Made by a program: the position numbers and the translations under genes
Part shown: positions 19,308 through 28,915 of the stretch, piece after piece
Position numbering within the stretch: the first letter of the stretch is position 1
How the letters are laid out: the number at the start of each line of letters is the position of its first letter
Notes under the pieces: generated by a model
The model's database searches: none
Seen by the model: only the letters and a program-made list of their open reading frames with translations
Told to the model about the DNA's origin: nothing
Source of the DNA: Candidatus Geocrenenecus huangii
GTDB taxonomy: Archaea > Thermoproteota > Nitrososphaeria_A > Caldarchaeales > Wolframiiraptoraceae
Direction: 5' to 3'
Assembly (NCBI GenBank): GCA_023254095.1
Contig: JALNLM010000001.1
Location: 141,560 to 205,559, forward strand
Length of the DNA stretch: 64,000 nt

Positions 19308-19786
19308 AGATTGAATTAATAGTTAATGGAGTTAGAAGAGTAATTGATGTCGAGCCTAACGAACTGTTGATCAATGTTATCCGGGAGAAGCTAGGCTTGA
19401 CTGGGACCAAGTATGGATGCGGTATAGGAGAATGCGGAGCATGCACCGTCATTGTTGACAGTAAGCCTGTACTATCATGTCTAACGCTAGCAGTCGAAGT
19501 CGCGGGGAGAGAAATTACGACAATAGAAGGAGTAGCCAAGAATGGTAGACTAGACCCAGTTCAAGAAGCATTCGTAGAAGAAGGCGCAGTCCAGTGTGGA
19601 TACTGTACGCCTGGATTCATAATAATGGCAAAAGCATTACTTGAAGAGAACAAGAATCCAAGCAGACAAGAAATCATCGAATATATTAAGGGAAACCTAT
19701 GCAGATGCACAGGATACATAAACATCGTAAAAGCAATACAGAAAGCTTCTGAGAAAATCACGCTGAAAGAAAGAAAAACCACGTAA
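19304..19786 (+). CDS. (2Fe-2S)-binding small subunit
   Basis: GCGIGECGACTV, QCGYCTPG and GNLCRCTGY. Confidence 0.94.
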   Translation: MKIELIVNGVRRVIDVEPNELLINVIREKLGLTGTKYGCGIGECGACTVIVDSKPVLSCLTLAVEVAGREITTIEGVAKNGRLDPVQEAFVEEGAVQCGYCTPGFIIMAKALLEENKNPSRQEIIEYIKGNLCRCTGYINIVKAIQKASEKITLKERKTT

Positions 19787-19866
19787 ACATAATATTTTCT
19801 CTCAGTAATGCTCATGCAATCTATCTAGCGAAAAGATTTTAAGAGGGGATCCGGATTAATTATGTC

Positions 19867-20271
19867 ATGCCAGGGGAACGTCCTACTGCTGCTTTTGTGT
19901 TATCTCTAATAGGAGGTATTCTTATACTACTTGGAAGCATAGTCACCGCTATATTTGCAGGCATATTCGGTGGAGCTATGATGATAGTACCATTCTTAGG
20001 AGGTCTGGGAGCACTAGTAATAGCTATGGGCATTCTTGGGATAATATTTGGAATAATAATATTGATCGGAGCCATAATGGTCAATTCAAGCAATCCTTCT
20101 AGAGTAAGAACAGGGTCAATAATCGTATTGGTCTTCTCTATTCTAAGCCTACTTAGTGGCGGAGGATTCATAGTAGGATTCATACTAGCATTAATCGGAA
20201 GCATACTTGGATTAGTCTGGAAGCCATATGAAGAAAAAGGTCGTCTACCTCCTCCACCGCCTCCCCCCTAA
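19867..20271 (+). CDS. Four-TM hypothetical membrane protein with a poly-Pro C-terminus
   Basis: PTAAFVLSLIGGILILLG; Gly-rich TM helices; ends LPPPPPPP. Confidence 0.8.
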   Translation: MPGERPTAAFVLSLIGGILILLGSIVTAIFAGIFGGAMMIVPFLGGLGALVIAMGILGIIFGIIILIGAIMVNSSNPSRVRTGSIIVLVFSILSLLSGGGFIVGFILALIGSILGLVWKPYEEKGRLPPPPPPP

Positions 20272-20314
20272 TACCTATCCAACTTTTTTCATTTTAAAAT
20301 ACTAAATAATTTTA

Positions 20315-20452
20315 TCAAGTCTTATGTAGATACTCATATAACGTTCTCACATAGGAGGATATAGAATCCACTCTTTTACTTAATTCTTCGACCTTAGCTT
20401 CAAGTTTAGCTATTCTCTCTCTTAGTGATATAATCTCTGATTCTACACTCAT
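20315..20452 (-). CDS. 45-aa coiled-coil small protein (absent from ORF track)
   Basis: MSVESEIISLRERIAKLEAKVEELSKRVDSISSYVRTLYEYLHKT*, with a clean heptad pattern and AAAGAAATATAT (BRE/TATA-like) about 25-35 nt upstream. Confidence 0.65.
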   Translation of the reverse strand: MSVESEIISLRERIAKLEAKVEELSKRVDSISSYVRTLYEYLHKT

Positions 20453-20536
20453 GGAGATTTACCTTGTTAAGCCATGATATATTTCTTTCCATTTTAGAGT
20501 TTTCTATTATATACCTTACACTATAGTGGCAAACCA

Positions 20537-21367
20537 CTATTCCTGATGTATCAGAATTGATAGGTGCTTCATAGTCCCTCCTTTCAAGACTTTTACAATC
20601 TCAGCCATTATCGCCACCGCAATCTCCTCGGGCGTATCTGCGCCTATATCTATCCCCACCGGCATGTACAATCTCTCCTTAAGATCTCCTACTCTGTAAC
20701 CTTCGTCTTTGAGTCTCTTCAAAAACTCTGCACATTTTCTCTTACTGCCAAGCAAACCTATGTATTTAGCATTAGTCCTTAGAGAAGCCCTCAACGCTTT
20801 GTAATCTTCCTCTACTCCACCATAAACTATCAGGACTACATCCTTACTAGTAATATGTATCTTTTCCACCCAGTCTTCTAAATCTTTAGAAATGATTAAT
20901 TCTTCTGCATCCGGAAATCTTTCTTTACTTGCGAACTCGGGGTTGACGTCGACGATTGCGATCTTATATCCGAGGAATACGGCAATCCTTGAGACCGCTT
21001 GTGCTAGATGCCCTGCCCCTATTAATACTATTTTAGGCATCGGTTTGAGAACATCCATGAATACTTCTACTTCTCCACCACATATTAAACCCGTCTCAAC
21101 ACCTTCGCCTACGCCTTCTCTTCTAAATACGTATTTCTTCAATGTGGGTTTACCTTCTCTAAGAGCTCCGAGGGCATCTCTCCAAACCATCATCTCGAAA
21201 GACCCCCCGCCAAGCGTTCCGATAAATGAGCCATCTTCTCTAACTAAGATCCTAGCTCCAACGTCTCTTGGAGCAGAACCCGTCTTCTTCACTATGGTTG
21301 CTAGGACTACAGACCTCCCATTCTTATGCTCTTCAATGAGAGCCTTATAGATGTCTAGATAACTCAT
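20537..21367 (-). CDS. xdhC: XdhC/CoxI family molybdoenzyme maturation factor
   Basis: GSAPR, GTLGGG, ICGGEV, GAGH, YIGLLGS and PVGIDIGADTPEEIA. Confidence 0.92.
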   Translation of the reverse strand: MSYLDIYKALIEEHKNGRSVVLATIVKKTGSAPRDVGARILVREDGSFIGTLGGGSFEMMVWRDALGALREGKPTLKKYVFRREGVGEGVETGLICGGEVEVFMDVLKPMPKIVLIGAGHLAQAVSRIAVFLGYKIAIVDVNPEFASKERFPDAEELIISKDLEDWVEKIHITSKDVVLIVYGGVEEDYKALRASLRTNAKYIGLLGSKRKCAEFLKRLKDEGYRVGDLKERLYMPVGIDIGADTPEEIAVAIMAEIVKVLKGGTMKHLSILIHQE

Positions 21368-21483
21368 ACCATCCTATAAGATTATCTGGTTCTTTCTTAA
21401 ATAATTTACCAGAAGACAAAGAGGTTACAATCGATCATGAGCGTTAGCATCTGGCTTAAATAAAAAATAGGATTTTAAGAAAG

Positions 21484-22392
21484 TTACGCTAGACGCCACT
21501 TGTCCAGTAGCTGATTCCATAATGGACTATCCATTAACTCTCTTAATGCGTGGTTTATCATGTTTCTCAGCCAATAATCTTCAGGTCTAGTGGCTACTGC
21601 ATAAGTAGATATTCCACCCAATCTTCCAACTTCTCTGAACTTTGCAGCTACATCAGGCTTCTCTTTAAAGTATGGTCCAGTGAAAGCGCTATCACTTATT
21701 ACCGCTACAGCTCTCCTATCCAACACTGCCTCCAATGCAAGCGCATATGAATCCAGTGCAAGCTTCTTGAACCTGTAGCCTTGTTTTATGAGTCTTTCAG
21801 CCCATTCATCACTTGTAGCTCCAAGCTGGCAGGCGATATACTCTCCAGAATTCAGTAGCTCTTCCATACTTCTTGCTTCATCTTTGAGAGTTAGCAAGTG
21901 GTGATAGTACACGTAGTAAGGTATAGAGTACCATACTTTTTCTGCTCTCGCAGCTGTATGAGTCATCCCTGAAGCAATTATGTCTATATCTCCTTCTACT
22001 AGGGCTGTTACTATAGTTGACCAATCCCACGGTTTCGGAACTACTTTCCATCCATACTTATTCGCAATCCATTTAATAACATCTACGTCGAATCCTTGTG
22101 CTTCACCTGTCGGCGTAACCTCGGTGAAAGGTGGGTAAGCAGCATCGAAGCCGTGAATAATCACAACTTCGGCCCCAGGAGGCGGCGCCTCAGTGAACTT
22201 CCCCTTCGGCTTAACAGTTGTAGTTACCGTTTTTTCAACTGGTGGAGCCTCAGGCTTCAACACGTATCCGGCAACTCCTCCGATAACCAATCCAGCGATG
22301 GCTGATCCAGCAACCTTGGCAGCGGTACCGACAGCGTTTCTTCTGGAAATCTTCTTATCTAAGATGTTTCCTCTAACATTTTCCCCAGACAT
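21484..22392 (-). CDS. Polar amino acid ABC transporter substrate-binding protein with a twin-arginine signal
   Basis: ISRRNAVG followed by a TM helix; DAAYPPF, GFDVD and SGMTHT..R (family 3 SBP). Confidence 0.9.
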   Translation of the reverse strand: MSGENVRGNILDKKISRRNAVGTAAKVAGSAIAGLVIGGVAGYVLKPEAPPVEKTVTTTVKPKGKFTEAPPPGAEVVIIHGFDAAYPPFTEVTPTGEAQGFDVDVIKWIANKYGWKVVPKPWDWSTIVTALVEGDIDIIASGMTHTAARAEKVWYSIPYYVYYHHLLTLKDEARSMEELLNSGEYIACQLGATSDEWAERLIKQGYRFKKLALDSYALALEAVLDRRAVAVISDSAFTGPYFKEKPDVAAKFREVGRLGGISTYAVATRPEDYWLRNMINHALRELMDSPLWNQLLDKWRLA

Positions 22393-22554
22393 CGTGTATG
22401 AATTAAAACTTATCCTAAATAAATCTTTCTAACTATTCTATCGCATCATGGCCCTCAATTCTTCAATAAAAATATCCAGCTCAAACATCTAACCTAGCTC
22501 ATCCTACCTCTAAGCCCGAATACTGCCATAAGAAAAAAATGTTTATAGTTTTAT

Positions 22555-23247
22555 ATGAGCTATATTGTAGAGATCTCGAAGCTGATGGTGACGGTTTGGG
22601 ATTATCTTCCATACATTCTTGAAGGGGTGTTGTGGACTCTGGGTCTAGTAGCTGGAGGATTAGGGATTGGATTCATTATCGGTCTACCTTTAGCAATAGC
22701 TCAAGTCTATGGACATAGATTCTTGAAGATTCTAGTAGAAGTCTACGCATGGTTTTTTAGAAGTGTCCCATTGCTTGTATTACTCTTCCTCTTTTATTGG
22801 GGGATATTCCCAGCACTAGGCTACAAGCTCGATCCACTAACATGCAGCGTCCTAGTCCTAGGTTTTAGAAGCGGCGGGTACCAATCTCAAATCTTTAGGG
22901 GAGCTATACAATCTATAAGTGAAGGCCAGTTCGTGGCCGCGAGAACTCTTGGTATGAGCAAGCTCCAATCAATCTATCATATAATTCTTCCTCAGGCATT
23001 GAGGATAGCTATTCCAGGCTGGACAAACGAGTATGCAATTATCTTGAAGGATTCTGCAATATGTTTCGTGCTAGGCGTGATGGAGATCCTGACAAGAACG
23101 AGATATGTCGTTATGGCTACCCTTGAACCACTTCTACCCTACTTTATAGCGGGAGGATTATTCATCGTATTAACGTATGGAGGAACAAAAATAGTTAACA
23201 TAATTTATGAGAAGGCTAAGATACCTGGATTAATAGGGAGGATGTAG
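22555..23247 (+). CDS. Polar amino acid ABC transporter permease
   Basis: FRSVPLLV, QIFRGAIQSI..GQ..AA..LG, ILPQA and ILKDS. Confidence 0.93.
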   Translation: MSYIVEISKLMVTVWDYLPYILEGVLWTLGLVAGGLGIGFIIGLPLAIAQVYGHRFLKILVEVYAWFFRSVPLLVLLFLFYWGIFPALGYKLDPLTCSVLVLGFRSGGYQSQIFRGAIQSISEGQFVAARTLGMSKLQSIYHIILPQALRIAIPGWTNEYAIILKDSAICFVLGVMEILTRTRYVVMATLEPLLPYFIAGGLFIVLTYGGTKIVNIIYEKAKIPGLIGRM

Positions 23248-23250
23248 CAT

Positions 23251-24015
23251 ATGCCGGACGACGATATTGTTCTAAAAGTAGAAGACTTGTATAAGAGCTA
23301 TGGAAAGATCGCAGTATTAAAGGGAATCTCATTTGAGGTTAGGAGAGGTGAAACGAAAATAATCTGTGGCCCATCGGGGTCTGGGAAAAGCACTCTGCTT
23401 AGATGCTTGAATTTGTTAACTAGACCTGATAAAGGGAGGATATGGCTGGAAGGAGAAGATATAACTAACCGCAACGTCGACATAAACAAGGTTAGGCAAA
23501 AAATTGGATTCGTCTTTCAAGAATTCAATCTCTTCAACCATCTTACGGCTCTAAAGAATGTAAGCATAGGCCTAGAAGTAGTTAAGAAGATGAAGAAAGA
23601 AGAAGCTCACAGAATAGCGTTAGAAATGTTGAAGAAGGTGGGTTTGAGTGAGCATGCTCATAAGTATCCTGCTGAGCTCTCAGGAGGTCAGAAACAGAGG
23701 GTAGCAATAGCTAGAGCTCTCGCAATGAACCCTGCGGTAATATTCTACGATGAGCCAACATCCGCTCTAGACCCCCAGTTGATAGGAGAAGTACTAGAAG
23801 TCATGAAAGCGTTAGCAAGAGAAAAAGTTACAAGTGTGGTCGTCACGCATGAGATGGGGTTCGCACAAACCGTCGGAGACGAATTATTGTTCATGTGTGA
23901 TGGAAAGATTGTTGAACGTGGCCCACCGATGGAAATTATACGGAAACCGAAATGTGAAGAAACGAAGAAATTCTTCCAAAGAATACATGAGCTATATGCG
24001 AGGGAGACAAGATGA
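23251..24015 (+). CDS. Polar amino acid ABC transporter ATP-binding protein (GlnQ-like)
   Basis: GPSGSGKST, LSGGQKQR, DEPTSALDP and VTHEM. Confidence 0.95.
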   Translation: MPDDDIVLKVEDLYKSYGKIAVLKGISFEVRRGETKIICGPSGSGKSTLLRCLNLLTRPDKGRIWLEGEDITNRNVDINKVRQKIGFVFQEFNLFNHLTALKNVSIGLEVVKKMKKEEAHRIALEMLKKVGLSEHAHKYPAELSGGQKQRVAIARALAMNPAVIFYDEPTSALDPQLIGEVLEVMKALAREKVTSVVVTHEMGFAQTVGDELLFMCDGKIVERGPPMEIIRKPKCEETKKFFQRIHELYARETR

Positions 24016-24668
24016 GTTTCTGGGAAAGCTTCATCTCAGATTTACTGAAAGGGTGGATCACAACTATTGAGATACTTGCTATATCTGTTCCTGCTAGCGT
24101 ATTGTTAGGTCTAGGTTTAGCTGTTGCAAGGGTTTATGGAAACCGGATGATCTCACTTATAGCAAGCGGATTCGTAGCACTCCTGAGGGGGCTGCCGCTA
24201 GTAGTCACCTTGCTCATAATATTCTTCGCGTTGCCTAAGCTTGGAATCTACTTTTCACCATTCTGGGCTGCGGTTACAGCTTTCATAATGTGTAGTGGCG
24301 CATACCAGTCAGAATACGTAAGAGGGGCCATACGTTCAATAGATGTGGGTCAATCGCTTGCAGCCCAAGCTCTCGGAATGTCGAAACTCCAAGAAATTAC
24401 GCATATTATCCTTCCACAAGCATTTAGAAGAGCCCTACCCGGGATAACTAATGAGATAATCTACCTGATACTTTATTCTTCTCTTGCGTACCTCGTCGGA
24501 GTCCAAGAATTGTTCGCAATTGCAAAGCATTTTAATTCATTACAGTTTAGACCTATAGAGATCTTCTCTACCACGGCGTTGATATATGCTTTCATGGCAA
24601 CTATAGCGACGCTGGGCTTTAGAAGATTAGAGATGAAACTGAGAATACCGGGACTAGAAGTGACATAG
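24012..24668 (+). CDS. Polar amino acid ABC transporter permease
   Basis: LRGLPLVV, SEYVRGAI..GQ..AA.ALG and ILPQA. Confidence 0.93.
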   Translation: MSFWESFISDLLKGWITTIEILAISVPASVLLGLGLAVARVYGNRMISLIASGFVALLRGLPLVVTLLIIFFALPKLGIYFSPFWAAVTAFIMCSGAYQSEYVRGAIRSIDVGQSLAAQALGMSKLQEITHIILPQAFRRALPGITNEIIYLILYSSLAYLVGVQELFAIAKHFNSLQFRPIEIFSTTALIYAFMATIATLGFRRLEMKLRIPGLEVT

Positions 24669-24733
24669 CTTCTACACCTTGTAGATCTCCTCTTAACAGC
24701 TGCCTTCCAGTGATTTTTTCATAAAAGTATATA

Positions 24734-25741
24734 TTGGCAGAGAATGCTTCTTTATTGAAATTGTCTGAAGAAATAGCCGAGTTTAAATGTAGCATATGCG
24801 GTTCCATTCTGAGAATCAGCCCTGAAAATATTGTATCTATCTGTGAGTATTGCGGTGGATTGAACATAGTTAGCGGAATAATAGATTGTGAAGACATATT
24901 CATCTCCACATCCGTCAATGTTGACAAGGTCCTTGAAGAATTCCTTAACAGGGTTAGGAAAGATGTTGATTTAAAAAAGATTTCAGACAAACTTAGAATT
25001 GTCTCCACCCAGGGATGGTATGTTCCATTCTGGATCTCTAGAGTCTTAATCCGCGGTGAAGTAGTCTACATCAAGAGGCAGTATAGAGGTAAGAAAGTTG
25101 AAATAATTAGGAATAGAGATAGCTTCTCAGAAGAAATCGATATAGACATCATTGCTAGAAGGCAAGTAAAGAACCTCGCTTTGAGAGAATTAATTAAGAC
25201 ATACTTTAGACAGAAGCCTCAGCTGGCAGAGCTCAAGAATCTCGCCGAAGATTGGTGGAGGTCGAATAAGTTAACAATCCTTAACATAGAATTTGACAGG
25301 AAGGAATCTGAGATCTCGTTAAGAGAAGAGGCAGTAGACTCTGTCAGGAGAATATGGGAAGATAAAGTCGATGAGATAGAATTCTTTAAGGCGGAAGTGA
25401 AGAAGATGGAGAGACCTAAGCTAATCTTTCTACCGCTTTGGGAGGTTGTCTACGAATATAATGGAAGCTTCTACACAGCTTACCATCAAGGATGGAGCGG
25501 TCACCCACTAATCTTCTACGAGCCCATCACTATGAGTAGAAGGCTGCTCTATGCTATAGGCATGTTCACATCCATCATTTTGGGATCTATCATAGGCTCA
25601 GCACTGTCTCTACTAACATTAGATAGCTTGAGCGATGCCTGGTGGATAATACTTTTCCTGCTCTTCATACTCGCTTTAATCGGATACAGGTCTGCGAAAG
25701 GATTCATCTCAGATATAAGAGTTGAGAAGTCATGGAGATAG
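24734..25741 (+). CDS. Zn-ribbon membrane protein, YdjG-like (copy 1)
   Basis: CSIC..CEYC, WYVPFW and FLPLWEVVYEYNG..Y...GWSG; two C-terminal TM helices. Confidence 0.75.
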   Translation: MAENASLLKLSEEIAEFKCSICGSILRISPENIVSICEYCGGLNIVSGIIDCEDIFISTSVNVDKVLEEFLNRVRKDVDLKKISDKLRIVSTQGWYVPFWISRVLIRGEVVYIKRQYRGKKVEIIRNRDSFSEEIDIDIIARRQVKNLALRELIKTYFRQKPQLAELKNLAEDWWRSNKLTILNIEFDRKESEISLREEAVDSVRRIWEDKVDEIEFFKAEVKKMERPKLIFLPLWEVVYEYNGSFYTAYHQGWSGHPLIFYEPITMSRRLLYAIGMFTSIILGSIIGSALSLLTLDSLSDAWWIILFLLFILALIGYRSAKGFISDIRVEKSWR

Positions 25742-26664
25742 TGTGCCCTGGTTGTAGTGCTAGATTCCAAGTCCCTGAGAGCGTGAGGACGTTTACATGC
25801 CCATACTGTGGATTAGTTTTTGGAGAAAGAGTGGTAGAAGATCACTACTATTTCCCAGTAATAAAAGAGGAGCCTTACACTATGCTACTGAATTTCCTTA
25901 GAAGACAATTCGGGATACCCTCTGATATTGTCTCCAACTCAACTCTGAAGATCAAGTACCTCTATTATGTTCCAGTATACTTCTACTACCTATATGGGAG
26001 GATGATTGGTAGATGCAGTGGAAGAGGATGGACTGAATCTGAGGAGGCAGCATATAAGGGTTTGGTGGCCTCCAGAAATTTTAGAGATATTCTTGAAGAT
26101 TATCCATTTCCTGTTAGAGGGAAGAAGTTCTTCAGAAAGGAGATTATGAATATTGGATTCTATCAACAACCTGAGTTTCCCGAGGATGAGGCCAGAAACT
26201 ATGTAAAAGCATATCTCCATAAAATACTTGAAGATGAACTCTTTAGAGAATGCAAGAATCTTAAGGAAGTCAGTGTAGAAGAATTAAGAGTTGATTTTCG
26301 TGGATTGATCCATTACCCAATATATTATCTTGAGTATCTTTATGATGACCAGACGTATTCAGCTTACTTAGATGGTGTAGATGGAAAGATCATTTCTGCA
26401 GAGTATCCAATCAAGCTTCAGACAAAAACTTTACAGATGATAATCGGCTCGCTACTATTAACGTGTAGCATCGTGTTCGGATTAGCTCTCTCACTCATTG
26501 TAGGGAATCCCCTACCATTTATATTCTCTATTGTTCCAGCGATTTCTTCATCTACACCATTGCTTACCAGAAGCTTAACCAAGAAAGTTATATCCTCAGA
26601 AGTTAAGATAATTCAAGAAGAGTCTAGACCATTCACCAAATATATTAAAAAGTTCTTAACATAG
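25732..26664 (+). CDS. Zn-ribbon membrane protein, YdjG-like (copy 2)
   Basis: CPGC..CPYC, YYVPVY and IHYPIY..Y.Y....Y...LDGVDG; two C-terminal TM helices. Confidence 0.75.
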   Translation: MEIVCPGCSARFQVPESVRTFTCPYCGLVFGERVVEDHYYFPVIKEEPYTMLLNFLRRQFGIPSDIVSNSTLKIKYLYYVPVYFYYLYGRMIGRCSGRGWTESEEAAYKGLVASRNFRDILEDYPFPVRGKKFFRKEIMNIGFYQQPEFPEDEARNYVKAYLHKILEDELFRECKNLKEVSVEELRVDFRGLIHYPIYYLEYLYDDQTYSAYLDGVDGKIISAEYPIKLQTKTLQMIIGSLLLTCSIVFGLALSLIVGNPLPFIFSIVPAISSSTPLLTRSLTKKVISSEVKIIQEESRPFTKYIKKFLT

Positions 26665-26700
26665 GAAAAGCTTATCAGCAATCCATGCCAGGATACGCAT

Positions 26701-27024
26701 ATGGTCGGGTACGGTGCTGGAGCTCTAGCCGTTTTAGCCTTGTCGATCGGTCTAGTTTTAATCGTTTATGGTGGCGGATTAGTACAGATTGATATACTCA
26801 ACATTCCTGCATGGATTCTTGGACCCCTAGGTATCTATACATTGATCTACGGGGTTCTCTCCAAAAAAGATACATTATTTTATTCTATATGGGGAGTAAT
26901 AATGCTAGGGATCACATCCACCTCAGCTCTCTACAACTTTGTTAATCCCCTGATCATCCTAGGCATATTAATTATTATTGTGGTTGTATTCGTGTTTATC
27001 ATGAGAGTGGGATTAAGGAAATGA
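26701..27024 (+). CDS. Small four-TM hypothetical membrane protein
   Basis: Almost entirely hydrophobic; its stop overlaps the next ATG (ATGA). Confidence 0.75.
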   Translation: MVGYGAGALAVLALSIGLVLIVYGGGLVQIDILNIPAWILGPLGIYTLIYGVLSKKDTLFYSIWGVIMLGITSTSALYNFVNPLIILGILIIIVVVFVFIMRVGLRK

Positions 27025-27551
27025 GCGGTAAAGATTATCAGGAAAAAGTTCGGCGCGAAATGACATTGCTAGAGAAGATTCTTAACTATATCCCTGGATA
27101 CAGAGGATATAAAGAAAAAGAGATCAGAAGAGAAAGCGATAGACTGGTGAGGAGCGAGTCTGCGAATAAACTAAAAGAAGCAAAAAATATTGTTCGCATG
27201 AAGTTAGCTGAAATGTCTAGTTTAAGAATGATAGAAGAGAAAGATATCTGGAGAATAGATATGGTTCTATCTAGATTGGATAGAGTTGCTGCAAAGATAG
27301 AAAGAGCTCCTGCAGGATACGCAGGGTTATTTGATGCAGTTAAAGTTAAAGAAGACAAACTGGATAAGGTCCTAGAACACGACTTCTCAATGATAGAGAA
27401 ATCTGAGAAGATAAGAGATGCAGCTAGAAGATTTGAAATTCTTGAATCTAGAGAAGAGTGGCTAAAATGCTTAGAAGAATTACTGGAGCTTATAGATGAG
27501 CTTGAGAGAACATTCGATGAGAGAACGGATATCCTGAGAGGGCTTGCCTGA
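27021..27551 (+). CDS. Conserved all-helical hypothetical protein
   Basis: Motifs IPGYRGYKEKEIRRESD and GYAGLFDAVKVKE..LD.V..HD; amphipathic helices. Confidence 0.8.
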   Translation: MSGKDYQEKVRREMTLLEKILNYIPGYRGYKEKEIRRESDRLVRSESANKLKEAKNIVRMKLAEMSSLRMIEEKDIWRIDMVLSRLDRVAAKIERAPAGYAGLFDAVKVKEDKLDKVLEHDFSMIEKSEKIRDAARRFEILESREEWLKCLEELLELIDELERTFDERTDILRGLA

Positions 27552-27601
27552 TAGCTGGAAACACTTAAAAGGATAAGAATCTTAAAAGATGTGATGGTTC
27601 G

Positions 27602-28627
27602 ATGCCTAAGGTAATTGAGTGGGTTGGAGCAGGAGAGTACGATGTCGTATGGAGATACCCAGTTGAAGAAATTAGCTGGGGAGATACATTAATAGTACAC
27701 GAGTACGAGGCCGCAATCTTTTTCAGAGATGGAAAAGCCTATGATGTGTTTAGAGCTGGAAGACATGTTTTAACAACGGCTAACCTCCCTCTTTTAACCT
27801 CTATTCTCTCAAGGGTGGCTGGATTCGATAAAACCCCCTTCAGAGCAACTATAATTTTTGTTAGCCTTAAGCAATTTCAAGGAAGGTTCGGTGGACAAGG
27901 TCAGACGAGGGAACTCGCACCCTTGAAATTTCATGGTAGTTTCTGGTTTAGGATAGAAGACCCCAACCTATTTATAAATGAGGTGGTTGGAGGTCAAGGA
28001 GCCTACAGTACGGATAGAATTCAGGAATTTCTTAGAGGATATTTTAATGAGAGATTAATAGATAGCTTAAGTCAATACTCCCTCATAGATGTTTATGGAA
28101 AATTGGATGAAACAAGCTTCTTAGCCAAGAATCTCCTATACGAGGCTTTTAGAAGATTGGGTCTCGAATTGATAGATGTCAAGTTCGAGGGGATCGATAC
28201 CTCCCCTGATTGGAGAGATAGGATATTCTTCTTGAAGACCGGCGTAAGCGCTGAAGAAGTATTAAGAATGCAGACTGTTCAGAAGGCTGCTGAAAGCCTT
28301 TCCAAGAGTGAAGGCGCAGCTGTTGGAGCCGGCATAGCTATTATCCCACCCTTATTCCAGACCCCTCCTTCTCAACCACAAGTAATCTGCCCCAAGTGTG
28401 GTAGACAGAACCCTCAAGGTTCGAGATTCTGCAATAATTGTGGTGCTCAACTATTAGAGGCGACAGGAGTAAAATGTTCGAGATGCGGAATGCAGAATAT
28501 GCCGGGTGCAAAATTCTGTTCAAATTGTGGAAATCCACTAGAATCTTTAACTAAATGTCCAAGATGCAATGCCGACATACCTTCATCTTCTAAGTTCTGC
28601 CCTAATTGTGGAACTAAACTAACATGA
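27602..28627 (+). CDS. SPFH/band-7 domain protein (YdjI-like) with three C-terminal Zn ribbons
   Basis: VWRYP, LIVHEYEAAIFFRDGK, GRHVLTTANLP, followed by three CxxC-x10-FCxNC repeats. Confidence 0.88.
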   Translation: MPKVIEWVGAGEYDVVWRYPVEEISWGDTLIVHEYEAAIFFRDGKAYDVFRAGRHVLTTANLPLLTSILSRVAGFDKTPFRATIIFVSLKQFQGRFGGQGQTRELAPLKFHGSFWFRIEDPNLFINEVVGGQGAYSTDRIQEFLRGYFNERLIDSLSQYSLIDVYGKLDETSFLAKNLLYEAFRRLGLELIDVKFEGIDTSPDWRDRIFFLKTGVSAEEVLRMQTVQKAAESLSKSEGAAVGAGIAIIPPLFQTPPSQPQVICPKCGRQNPQGSRFCNNCGAQLLEATGVKCSRCGMQNMPGAKFCSNCGNPLESLTKCPRCNADIPSSSKFCPNCGTKLT

Positions 28628-28915
28628 ATCCAGAGTCTTCTCTACATTCTAACAGAGGTTTTCATAAATCTTTTCGTAGGAGTGATTCATCTTTGTAGAT
28701 TGTCCCAACTTTCAGCCATTCCTAGAATTTATCAGATAGGAAGAAAATATCCTCATAAATCAGTACTATGATTTCCCGAGACGGCATTATCTCGTTGATC
28801 GTATTAGTCTACGCTACCGGAAATGCTTGGAAAATATCAGGTAACGAGAGTGGTGACCTCTTATTGTAATAGATTTTGATTTATTAAGTAGTTAGTGAAA
28901 ATAAATTTCTAGACT

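Noticed and set aside
16010-19786. Aerobic CO dehydrogenase (coxLMS)
   Set aside because: The active-site loop is AYRGYGN, not form I AYRCSFR or form II AYRGAGR. The second large subunit has SFRGFGN.
28730-28795. Possible C/D sRNA on the minus strand (CTGA-TTTATGA-guide-CTGA)
   Set aside because: No convincing C box or terminal stem, and I recognise no rRNA/tRNA complement for the guides.
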